From positions 25,305 through 89,304 of the forward strand of contig JBDSAA010000211.1 of assembly GCA_039922375.1 (NCBI GenBank): 64,000 nucleotides of DNA, read 5' to 3'. The DNA is from Ferruginibacter sp. (GTDB lineage Bacteria; Bacteroidota; Bacteroidia; Chitinophagales; Chitinophagaceae). Within the stretch, counting starts at the first letter, position 1; the number at the start of each line of letters is the position of its first letter. Position numbers and translations under genes: made by a program. Shown one piece after another: positions 55,739 through 64,000 of the stretch. Under the pieces are notes generated by a model that saw only the letters and a program-made list of their open reading frames with translations, ran no database searches and was not told the origin of the DNA.

Positions 55739-58154
55739 GGGTTGGATTTTTTTGAATGGTAAAATAAAAAATACTTCCTGTGCCCGGTATAGATTCTACC
55801 CGGATATTTCCTTTATGTAATTCAACAATTTTTTTACAATATGATAAACCGATGCCTGAGCCCGGATAATGTGAACGGTTATTAAGGCGTTGAAAAATAA
55901 CAAAAATTCTTTCACTATGTTTTTTCTCCAACCCTATCCCATTGTCACTAATAGTAAATTCCCAAAAGTCTTCTTTTTCAATTGCAGCAATATTTATTTG
56001 CAGCGGCACATCGTTTTTGCGGAATTTTATTGCATTCGCCAGCAGGTTATGAAAGAGTTGTTTTATCTCGGCGTCATATCCCCGGATAACAGGCAATTCC
56101 CCTACAGTAATGTGGGCACCACTTGTGTGAATAACTACATTGAGGTCATTCAGCACTTCCCGTAAGAGGCACTGTGTGTTTACCAGTTGCAGTTCCTTGT
56201 TTGCCCCAATCCTGGAGTATTCCAGTAATCCCGTTATAAGGGTTCTCATTCTTTCTGACGATTGCATAATAAAGGAAAGGTATTGATCTGCCTTATTATC
56301 GAGCCTGCCAAGGTATTGCTTTTGAAGTAAGCCTACAAAGTTGCCGGTAGTTATCAATGGTTCCTGCAGGTCGTGTGAGGCTACATATGCAAACTGCTGA
56401 AGTTCTTTATTTTTTCTTTCAAGTTCCATATTATTAGCAATTAGCCTGGCTTGGGATTTTCGTATTAATAACTCATCCTGTTTACGCTTAGTAATATCGG
56501 TAAACATTGCCATTGCCCCCTTATAATTTCCGGCTTCATCCAAAACAGGGTTGGTAGATACATTTGTCCATAGAGTTTTACCGCTTTTTGTAACGAAAGA
56601 CGATTCGTGGGTTTCATGCAACCCGCCCTTTCTCCTTTTAATTTGATCCATCGCCTTTTTCTTTTCATCATCATTCTTGAAATCATAATTTTGTTTCCCC
56701 ATCATCTCTTCCCTTGAATATTCAAGCATCTCACACATTTTTTTATTTACAAAAACCGTGTAATTGTTTTCATCAATTACCCAAATGCCCTCCTGTGATG
56801 TTTCTACTATTTGCCTGTATTGTTTTTCACTTTTTAGCAATTCCGCTTCAGCCTTTTTCTGCTCGGTAATGTCCTGGGCTATTCCCGTTAGTCTGATTAG
56901 TTCGCCTTTGTCATTTTTTGTCGGCTTGCCGTGAGCGCTTATTATCTTGGTAATATTTTTACTGCTAATTATCCGGCATTCATAAGAAAACGGCAAATGA
57001 TCCATAACAGATTTGGACATAAGGCTGCGCACGTTTTCTCTATCATCCGGATGTACAAAACTCAGGAACCCTTCATAGCTCGCATTAAACAAATTGCGGT
57101 CTGTATCAAAAACATCATACAATTCATCAGACCACAATAGCCCGTTGTTGACGATATCCCACTCCCAGCTTCCCAGTTTAGCAATGTGTTGAGCTTCGTT
57201 TAAATTTTCATTACTGGCTTTCAAATTATCACGCATTGCTACCAGGGCTTTGCCTAAAGCATCTTCTGCACCTAGTGGTTCAAAATAACTTTCAAAGTTC
57301 CTGTTTCCTATTTCAGTGGCAAATGCGGCAGTAGCTTGCAATTTTTCAGAAAGGTTATTAACAGAACGTATCATCTCGCTGATCTCGTCATTCTTAATAT
57401 CATGCGTTACCTTCCTGGAAATTCCATTACCCAGGTCAGTTACAATATGCCTTATTTTATTGATAGGCTGAATAATTAACCTGGTCATAAATAAGGAAAG
57501 GAATACGCCGATTAAGATCATTGTTACTGACAAAGCAATTATAAACATTCGTAGTTTCGTCGAGTACACACTCACTATATTGTTCTGTACTGTTCTTTCA
57601 GCTATCCAATGGGTTCTGATAGCTTTTATAGAATTAATCAGGCTTGCAGAGCGTGGAAGAACTTCTTCCTCAATCTTTCTTTCTGCTTCAAACTTTATCA
57701 TTGGGTCATCATAATCACTGAACGTTTTTAAATCATTCATTATGCCCTTTTCTATTACCAGTAATTCTTCAAAACCGGCAAATGCTTTGTTTAAACTATC
57801 TACCCAGTTGTTCGCCTTCCATTGAGCTGCATACTTGCTAATTGCTGATTTTAATGCAGGATAATCAGTGACGCGTAATTTTTCTAAAGCCGTTTTGTTC
57901 TCTTCACTAAACCTTAAAAAAACCCAGTTAGTGGTATATATTTTCGACTCAAGCGCCATTCTTCTGAAATCGATAATTGTTTCTAATGAAGGCTCTATCA
58001 CCTTAGTAAGATGGTTAGACGAATGTTGGATATTGTTTAAAGTAATGATTGTCATAATGCTATTTATAATAAATAACACAACTAACAATAAGAAGCTACC
58101 GTAAATTCTGTGCCTGATGCTTATGTTCACGCCGCGTTTAAAATAATTAAGCAT
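55704..58154 (-). CDS. Membrane sensor histidine kinase (2 TM + HAMP-like linker + 2 PAS + HisKA + HATPase_c)
   Basis: N-terminal TM helix, extracytoplasmic region of about 170 aa, second TM helix, PAS modules, H-box FAYVASHDLQEPL, N/G boxes. The 3' end overlaps the receiver gene by 35 nt. Confidence 0.9.
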   Translation of the reverse strand: MLNYFKRGVNISIRHRIYGSFLLLVVLFIINSIMTIITLNNIQHSSNHLTKVIEPSLETIIDFRRMALESKIYTTNWVFLRFSEENKTALEKLRVTDYPALKSAISKYAAQWKANNWVDSLNKAFAGFEELLVIEKGIMNDLKTFSDYDDPMIKFEAERKIEEEVLPRSASLINSIKAIRTHWIAERTVQNNIVSVYSTKLRMFIIALSVTMILIGVFLSLFMTRLIIQPINKIRHIVTDLGNGISRKVTHDIKNDEISEMIRSVNNLSEKLQATAAFATEIGNRNFESYFEPLGAEDALGKALVAMRDNLKASNENLNEAQHIAKLGSWEWDIVNNGLLWSDELYDVFDTDRNLFNASYEGFLSFVHPDDRENVRSLMSKSVMDHLPFSYECRIISSKNITKIISAHGKPTKNDKGELIRLTGIAQDITEQKKAEAELLKSEKQYRQIVETSQEGIWVIDENNYTVFVNKKMCEMLEYSREEMMGKQNYDFKNDDEKKKAMDQIKRRKGGLHETHESSFVTKSGKTLWTNVSTNPVLDEAGNYKGAMAMFTDITKRKQDELLIRKSQARLIANNMELERKNKELQQFAYVASHDLQEPLITTGNFVGLLQKQYLGRLDNKADQYLSFIMQSSERMRTLITGLLEYSRIGANKELQLVNTQCLLREVLNDLNVVIHTSGAHITVGELPVIRGYDAEIKQLFHNLLANAIKFRKNDVPLQINIAAIEKEDFWEFTISDNGIGLEKKHSERIFVIFQRLNNRSHYPGSGIGLSYCKKIVELHKGNIRVESIPGTGSIFYFTIQKNPTHETQIELHTCN

Positions 58155-58165
58155 TTGTGATTTTT

Positions 58166-58375
58166 TTAAAATTCATAATTGAAACATGCAAACCGCATAG
58201 CTGGCTTTTCGTCAGTGTGAAAAAATCCTTTTGCTCTGTTATTCAATATATTTTCCCAATACAAATGTTTAAACGGTTCAACAGTTAGATTATTATTAAG
58301 AGCCAGTTCGCAACTGTCTTTTTGATAGTAATCAATGCCGTCCCCTTCCGAGCGTTGTAAGCCAAATGGGTTCAT
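58166..58375 (-). CDS. Small hypothetical ORF ending in an outer-membrane-protein-like C-terminus (possible gene remnant)
   Basis: About 69 aa from the ATG, ending ...RFACFNYEF. It sits between the YfiR-like gene and the kinase. Support is weak. Confidence 0.25.
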   Translation of the reverse strand: MNPFGLQRSEGDGIDYYQKDSCELALNNNLTVEPFKHLYWENILNNRAKGFFHTDEKPAMRFACFNYEF

Positions 58376-58410
58376 AAACAATTGAATTTTTTTACTTTAA
58401 AATCCGGTAG

Positions 58411-58998
58411 CTATCTTACCAGTGTACCTAGCCGCAAAAGCTCCGAAGCAACATTTAAATCCCTGCTTTCAATATTTGTTTTATTTATTTCCAGTTTCAG
58501 GCGTTCATCTGCAACTACAAAATTTATACACGATCCTTTTGACGCAGCGGCATTGATCTCGGAAACAATTAAAACCGGACTTCCTTTTGTTATGTTAACA
58601 ATCTTCTGTAAGCTTTTACCAGCATCATCACCAATAAATAAAATATGACAGTTATATTTTTTTGCCGAAGCGCTCATTTTCCGGACACTTATCTTCCTGT
58701 TTCCTATAGCCTTACTCTTTACAAATTCATCCAATTCTTCATAAAGCGGTGTATTGCCAATTATGCCAATGATAAAATCGCCGGTATTATAAACAGCGGG
58801 CCATTCAATGTACTTAGTAAACCTATAAATGATATTCGCATGTACTGCATAACTTAAGTCTTGCTGCGCCTTTCCGGAAACTGACAAGCACATCATTACC
58901 ATAAACGCAAAGCCTACTTTGTGATAGAACATTAAAACAAAATAAGTCTTCCTGTTTTTTAAATACATCCTTATATATTTTCCTGATGTGGCTAACAC
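58411..58998 (-). CDS. YfiR-like (DUF4154) periplasmic protein
   Basis: Signal peptide, then VHANIIYRFTKYIEWP ... ILFIG ... VLIVSE ... GSCINFVVADERLKLEIN pattern of DUF4154. The start may be the internal ATG at 58968. Confidence 0.75.
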   Translation of the reverse strand: MLATSGKYIRMYLKNRKTYFVLMFYHKVGFAFMVMMCLSVSGKAQQDLSYAVHANIIYRFTKYIEWPAVYNTGDFIIGIIGNTPLYEELDEFVKSKAIGNRKISVRKMSASAKKYNCHILFIGDDAGKSLQKIVNITKGSPVLIVSEINAAASKGSCINFVVADERLKLEINKTNIESRDLNVASELLRLGTLVR

Positions 58999-59034
58999 AA
59001 TTTATTGCCCGTGGCTTATGTACTTTTTTTATTT

Positions 59035-59505
59035 CTAATTACTTTTATCCCCCACGAATGCCAGTTTACCAGTACTGTCATCCCTCGAGAAATGCTTTTG
59101 CAATATTCTTTCCAGCTTCCCAATTGTTATTGGCTTATTCTCAAAGCCCGAAATTTCAGGCATGCTTTCAGCCCTTTCCCTATCTTCCGGAAAAAGAGAA
59201 GTAGTTAACATAACTGTCATCACTTTGCCCTGTATTTCCTTGTCAAGCTTTTTATATTCTTCTAAAAATTCCCAGCCATCCATCGCAGGCATATTGATGT
59301 CAAGCAATATTAGGTCAGGGCAGGGGTAATAATTTTCGTCACACCCATTTTTATGACTGGTCAACAGGTATGCCAGTGCCTCTTTGCCGCTTTCCACCAT
59401 TTTTATATATTGTGCGCACCCGGCTTCTTCCAATATGATCCGGGTAAAAAAGTTAGTAGCCTCGTCATCGTCAATTACAAGTATGCAATTCAATTTATAT
59501 TTCAT
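59035..59505 (-). CDS. Stand-alone CheY-like receiver (no output domain)
   Basis: Paralog of 55310..55738 (MKYKLNCILVIDDDEATNFFTR..., LLDINMP, MLTTS, KPIT). Confidence 0.9.
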   Translation of the reverse strand: MKYKLNCILVIDDDEATNFFTRIILEEAGCAQYIKMVESGKEALAYLLTSHKNGCDENYYPCPDLILLDINMPAMDGWEFLEEYKKLDKEIQGKVMTVMLTTSLFPEDRERAESMPEISGFENKPITIGKLERILQKHFSRDDSTGKLAFVGDKSN

Positions 59506-62500
59506 CAGTTATTATTTTTATGAATGGTAAAATGAAATATGCACCCTTCTCCTGGTGCAGATTCTACCCAAATTTTTCCTTTATGTAGTTCTACTATTTT
59601 TTTACAATGCGACAAACCGATACCGGAACCTGCATACTCCTTATTGGTATGCAGCCGTTGAAAAATGTCAAATATTCGCTGGCTGTATTTTTCGTCTATA
59701 CCAATACCATTGTCGCTTATAGTGAATTCCCAATAATGCGCTGCTTGTTGCACATCAATTTTTATTCCTGGTATAACGTCCTTCTTACGGAATTTTATTG
59801 CATTGATCACAAGGTTCTGAAAAAGTAATTTGATTTCTGTTGGGTAACCATCTATCACCGGTAACTCAGCAACTTGTATATCAGCGTTCGCTTCTTTTAT
59901 TGCTGCCATAATATCGGCGAGCATTTCCTGCACCAGTATATTGCAGTCAATTTTTTTCAATTCCATATTTGTTCCAATCCTCGAATAATCCAGCAGGTCT
60001 TTAATTACTACTTTCATCCTTGTGGTGGCTTCTAAAATAAACGCCATATATTTATCCGCTTTCTCATCGATCTTTCCATGATATTGCAGTTGCAGCAATT
60101 CCACAATGCCTGCTGTAGTTCTCAACGGTTCCTGCAGATCGTGTGAAGCTACATAGGCAAACTGCTCCAGTTCTTTATTTTTTATTTTAAGTTCTTTATT
60201 AGCAAGTTCAGCTTCAATCCTCGCATGGTCGGCTTCAAGCCTTGCCTTCTGTTCTTCCTGGGTTGAAAGAGATAATTGCAGTGTTTGTTCCTGCACTTTT
60301 TCTTGTAGTTTTCTTCTTTGTGCTTTAATCGCATTTACCCTGTACCCGTAAAATGCCACCATACCACTGATAATTGCAATGACCATCAACAGCCTGAACC
60401 ACCAGGTTAACCAAAAAGGTGGTTCAATGATGAGTTGAATGCTGATGATATTCTTCGACCAGTTGCCTTCATTATTTAATCCCCTAACCTTGAAAATGTA
60501 TTTACCCGGATCAATATTAGTATAAGTCGCTATACGGCTGGTTCCGGCTTCATGCCACTCTTTATCAAAACCTTCCAGGATATAAGCATATTTCTTTTTC
60601 TCGGGTGTTGTATAATTAAGTGTGGCAAATTCAAAAGAGAAAAAAGTGTTAGAATAAGGCAGCGTAATGGTTTTAACTTCCGCTATATTTTTTCTTAAGG
60701 GAGACGAGTCGGAATGATTGATGGGAACAAGTACTTTCTTATTGAAAGCATTGAATTTTGTAATAACCAGCGGAGGCTCAAAAGCAACGGCTTTAACACT
60801 GTCTGGAAAAAATTGGTTAAAGCCATTAGTGCCGCCAAAATACATTACCCCGGATCTGCTTTTGCAGAACGCATGCATTTTAAATTCATTTGACTGCAAG
60901 CCATCGGATACGCTAAAGTTTTTAAAGACTTTTGTTATAGGATTAAAACGGGAAATGCCTTTGTTGGTACTGATCCACAGATTTTTTTTACTGTCTTCCA
61001 GTATTCCGAAAATCACATTATCAGGAAGGCCGTCTGCCATGGTATAAACTGTAAACCGCCCAGTTTTTTTGTTAAAAAAGTTTAGGCCCACCCTCGTTCC
61101 AATCCATAAATTTTTATCCCCGTCTTCAAAAATTGAACTTAAGCTGTTATTACTAATGCTGTTCTTTGTTTCATCATGTAAAAAACGTGAAAAGGATTTT
61201 GTTTTTTTATCATATAGATTTAAACCGTCGCCGTCGGTGCACACCCATAATTGACCATCGCTATCTTCAAAAATAGAAACAACATAAATGCCTGAAATAC
61301 CATTAGTCCGATTAATAGCATATTGGTGATGCGTGAAGGATTTTTGATCAGCATTTAACAGGTCCAGGCCACCACCAAAAGTGCATACCCAGATATTTTT
61401 ATCCCGGTCTTCAAAGATTTTCCAAACATTATTACTATTTAAGCTCGATGGGTTGCCAGGTTCATTTTTGAAATGCCTGAAGGTTTTGCTAGTTGGGTTA
61501 AATACCGTCATTCCATCTCCCCAGGTTCCGGCCCAGATGTTGCCTTTACTGTCTTCGTGTACAGCCAATACATAATCGCCGCAGATGCTTTTTTTGTTAT
61601 TTTTCTCATGGCGAAAATGGGTAAAGTTGCCTGTTGTGGGGTTAAACACATTCAAGCCGCCCCCATCTGTTCCCAGCCAGATATTTTGTTTAGAGTCCTC
61701 AAAGATGCTGAGCACCTGGTTATTGCTGAGGCTGTTGGGTGACAGCATATGCTTATAATGTGCAAACCTGGCTTTATCCCGGTTTGCCATGTCAATACCA
61801 CCGGTAAAGGTGCCCAGCCACATATTGCTTTTAAGATCCTTATAAACAGAATAAATAGAATTACTGCTGATGCTTTCTCCGTCAATTTCGTCGTGCTTGT
61901 AAGTGGTAAATGAGCCGGCATCATAATTAAAAATAGATAACCCTCCGTTTTCAGTGCCAATCCACAGATTATTCTCAGCATCTTCCGTAATGGCATACAC
62001 AGTATTTGCCGCCACGCTATTTGCATTATTTTCATCGTGTTTAAAATGAGTAAATGCCCCGGTTTCCATGTTAAATAAATCCATTCCTGCACCATCAGTT
62101 CCTACCCATAAACGACGCTTACTATCTTCAAACATGGTGTACACATTATTGCTGCCTATGGAATGTCTGTTCTTTTTATCATGCTGAAAACGAGTAAAGT
62201 TTTTGTTTTTCCTGTTTAGCAAATTGATTCCTCCATTCAGCGTGGCCATCCAGATATTATGGCTCATGTCTTCGAAAATATACCTTATATAAGAATCGCT
62301 GATACTCTTATTGTCGGCCAGGTTATGCGTAAAATGTTCCATTTTATTTGTTACCGGGTCCAGCATATCCAATCCTGCTTCTGTACCAATCCAGATTTTT
62401 CCGTACTCATCCTCAAGTAAGCCATGTACCACATCGTGAGAAATGCTGTTTGCATTTTTCGGGTCATGCGTGTAGTTAGTAAAACTTTCTTTGTTTCGAT

Positions 62501-62831
62501 CGTAGCGGGATACGCCCCCACCAACTGTCGCTATCCACAATTCCCCCGTGTTACTTTCTATAACCTTCATTATGAAATTACTGCCGATACTGTTTTTATT
62601 ATGCGGATCATTTTTATAAAAGGTAAAAGAATAGCCATCATATTTATTCAACCCATCCCTGGTACCGAACCACATAAAGCCACTTTTGTCTTGCATTATA
62701 GAAAGCACGTTGCTATGAGAAAGCCCCTGGTCAAAACCTATATGATCAAAATGTACATGATGGTTTTGCGGATATACAAAAGCACAGCAAGCCAAAAAAA
62801 ATAAGCTGAGTAATACTCGCAAGTTGTTCAT
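59505..62831 (-). CDS. Sensor histidine kinase with a periplasmic two-component-regulator beta-propeller and Y_Y_Y domain
   Basis: Signal peptide, more than 12 repeats of the IWxGTxxGGL propeller motif, Y_Y_Y-like region (YAYILEGFDKEW), one TM helix, coiled coil, H-box FAYVASHDLQEPLR, N/G boxes. Confidence 0.9.
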   Translation of the reverse strand: MNNLRVLLSLFFLACCAFVYPQNHHVHFDHIGFDQGLSHSNVLSIMQDKSGFMWFGTRDGLNKYDGYSFTFYKNDPHNKNSIGSNFIMKVIESNTGELWIATVGGGVSRYDRNKESFTNYTHDPKNANSISHDVVHGLLEDEYGKIWIGTEAGLDMLDPVTNKMEHFTHNLADNKSISDSYIRYIFEDMSHNIWMATLNGGINLLNRKNKNFTRFQHDKKNRHSIGSNNVYTMFEDSKRRLWVGTDGAGMDLFNMETGAFTHFKHDENNANSVAANTVYAITEDAENNLWIGTENGGLSIFNYDAGSFTTYKHDEIDGESISSNSIYSVYKDLKSNMWLGTFTGGIDMANRDKARFAHYKHMLSPNSLSNNQVLSIFEDSKQNIWLGTDGGGLNVFNPTTGNFTHFRHEKNNKKSICGDYVLAVHEDSKGNIWAGTWGDGMTVFNPTSKTFRHFKNEPGNPSSLNSNNVWKIFEDRDKNIWVCTFGGGLDLLNADQKSFTHHQYAINRTNGISGIYVVSIFEDSDGQLWVCTDGDGLNLYDKKTKSFSRFLHDETKNSISNNSLSSIFEDGDKNLWIGTRVGLNFFNKKTGRFTVYTMADGLPDNVIFGILEDSKKNLWISTNKGISRFNPITKVFKNFSVSDGLQSNEFKMHAFCKSRSGVMYFGGTNGFNQFFPDSVKAVAFEPPLVITKFNAFNKKVLVPINHSDSSPLRKNIAEVKTITLPYSNTFFSFEFATLNYTTPEKKKYAYILEGFDKEWHEAGTSRIATYTNIDPGKYIFKVRGLNNEGNWSKNIISIQLIIEPPFWLTWWFRLLMVIAIISGMVAFYGYRVNAIKAQRRKLQEKVQEQTLQLSLSTQEEQKARLEADHARIEAELANKELKIKNKELEQFAYVASHDLQEPLRTTAGIVELLQLQYHGKIDEKADKYMAFILEATTRMKVVIKDLLDYSRIGTNMELKKIDCNILVQEMLADIMAAIKEANADIQVAELPVIDGYPTEIKLLFQNLVINAIKFRKKDVIPGIKIDVQQAAHYWEFTISDNGIGIDEKYSQRIFDIFQRLHTNKEYAGSGIGLSHCKKIVELHKGKIWVESAPGEGCIFHFTIHKNNN

Positions 62832-63349
62832 CTAATTGCTCTTTTTCGGATAGAAGGATGAGGTCACCTTTTTTTTCTTGTGTCGTTAGCTACTATAATG
62901 TTTCTTTCTATTACTCTTGTCATAAAATCATCGCCAATTCTTCAGTACTTCATTGCTGGCGGTGCAAATACCCGGGTAAATAATAATTAAATTCTGGCAG
63001 CAACTTAACGTGGCTGATAGACCCATTAGAAATTTTCCGTAAACAAAAAACCCCCGTCAGGAGGCCGTAAAGGTTGTTGCAAACTTAATTTTCGAAAAAT
63101 ATTCGCTTCAGAACGGCTTCATAATAACTTTCTTAAACAATCAATTTAAATACTGCGGCGGGGGCAATCGTTTAATTTCAAGGCTATATTATGAAGTAAA
63201 GGTTCATAAAACTTAAATTATAAAAGGTAGAAAAACAAACCATTGTGATGTAGCTATATGTCTATTACCAGGGATTAGATATAAAGATGCCATAGAAAAC
63301 AGATAGCATTTCGTAAAATACTGCATGGCCAATTGTAGATTAGGAAAAA

Positions 63350-63393
63350 TAAAAAACTTCCACAACTAATGGTTTTTCATAGTCTGTGGAAGT
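63350..63393 (-). terminator. Intrinsic terminator of unit C
   Basis: Minus strand reads ACTTCCACAGACTAT gaaaaacca TTAGTTGTGGAAGT TTTTTATTTTT. Confidence 0.75.
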
Positions 63394-63495
63394 ATAATTT
63401 TGCGAACGTTTTAATAAGTTCACGTAGATCAGGGTGTGTTAGCCATTGTCCCAGAGCAATTTAATAATTTTCTGGTTTGGGTTGCATTTGGTTTT

Positions 63496-63700
63496 GGCCA
63501 TCATCGCTTATTACGGCATAGGCCAGGATATTGGTATTGGTTTTTGGGTCATCATCGCTTCTTACGGCATAGGCCCGGATACTGGTTTTTTGTCTTCTTT
63601 AGTTTTTGGATTGAACTGGTTTTTGGCCATCATCGCTTTTTAAAGCATAAGCCGGATATTGTCTTCCTGGTTTTAATTTGGATACTGGATTTCTATTTTT
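63496..63700 (-). repeat. Tandem repeat array of unit C (3 copies; starts 63496, 63546 and 63625; periods 50 and 79 nt)
   Basis: Plus-strand core gg(c/g)(c/t)catcatcgct(t/a)(a/c/t)tta(c/a)(g/a)gcata(g/a)gcc recurs three times. Confidence 0.85.
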
Positions 63701-63730
63701 ACCGAAGATATCATTCGGTGAATGCTGATG

Positions 63731-63766
63731 CAAATATCAGGCAGTAACAGTTGCTCAACAATAGCA
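63731..63766 (-). promoter_or_regulatory. Promoter of unit C (-33 TTG within TGCTATTGTT, 20-nt spacer, -7 box GAtaTTTG)
   Basis: Minus strand reads tgctaTTGttgagcaactgttactgcctGAtaTTTGcatcag. Confidence 0.55.
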
Positions 63767-64000
63767 ATATTGCTCTTTTTCTTAAACAGAATAAGTACTA
63801 AAATATTAGTATTAATGCTACATTGTTATATGAATTAATACGTGCCTTCTCAAACGTATTATTACGATTATTTATCAATTCATCATCGCTGGACACACCC
63901 AGCTTGTTAAAATAATATTAACACTAGTTTAGTTCTTTCAATTTTTACTTTTTATGAAACCCTCTACAGCTATGGCTGTTAGCGATATTAACTCTCCGAT

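Larger units (their letters stand above)
63350..63726 (-). ncRNA. Tandem-hairpin-repeat transcription unit C (candidate novel ncRNA, about 0.38 kb)
   Basis: The promoter (63731-63766) and terminator (63350-63393) on the minus strand enclose 3 repeats of the core found in units A and B. Confidence 0.55.

Noticed and set aside
63436-63747. Plus-strand ORFs across unit C (103 aa with the repeat GHHR(L/F)LRHRPGYW, plus overlapping ORF 63446..63643), which suggest a His-rich repeat protein.
   Set aside because: The homologous repeats in units A and B are interrupted by stops in the same plus-strand frame (GHHRFLRHSPVIGFFSFL*, for example). Two frames being open at once is typical of a T-rich repeat. 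The promoter and terminator signals are on the opposite strand.
1-64000. tRNA, rRNA, tmRNA, transposase, integrase or phage genes, and any recognisable defence system (restriction-modification, toxin-antitoxin, CBASS, retron and others).
   Set aside because: I saw no cloverleaf-like GTTCGAATC-type T-arm contexts outside coding genes and no rRNA-like conserved blocks. No ORF has DDE, tyrosine or serine recombinase, reverse transcriptase, nuclease-helicase or methyltransferase (other than rsmE) signatures. A proper tRNAscan/Infernal/HMM run could still find things I missed by eye.

Overview
This is a chromosomal segment of a Bacteroidota genome, probably Chitinophagaceae or Sphingobacteriia-like. 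Three things support that: a T9SS type-B C-terminal sorting domain protein, a PorX-like PglZ protein, and TAnnTTTG -7 promoter boxes in front of many genes. From about 1 to 48.8 kb the window holds ordinary, densely packed housekeeping genes: acyl-CoA dehydrogenase, thiolase, pyrD, rsmE, dnaB, pheT, zapA, rny, rplS, tatA, gatA, pabB, purA, ruvB, arfB, an M16 peptidase pair, a TonB-dependent receptor, a LytS/LytTR pair and an MbnP/MbnH-like pair. I saw no rRNA, tRNA, CRISPR array, transposase or integrase. The last about 15 kb (48.8-63.8 kb) is different. A minus-strand array of paralogous PAS/propeller sensor histidine kinases, each followed by a stand-alone receiver, also contains a YfiR-like protein and one decayed kinase/receiver pair. 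This array is bracketed by three copies of a non-coding element I could not assign to any family I know. Each copy has its own Bacteroidetes-type promoter, 3-5 tandem repeats of about 50-84 nt, a 3' domain and an intrinsic terminator, all reading on the minus strand. Each repeat has a roughly 31-nt core that folds as a 5-bp stem with a conserved 21-nt loop, UAUGCYGUAAAAAGCGAUGAU. I consider this candidate multi-hairpin RNA family the most interesting signal in the window. Other observations are several intergenic palindromes, two short dispersed repeat motifs, and a DnaA-box-like cluster next to dnaB. All functional calls come from reading the translated ORFs and the DNA by eye. No database search was run.
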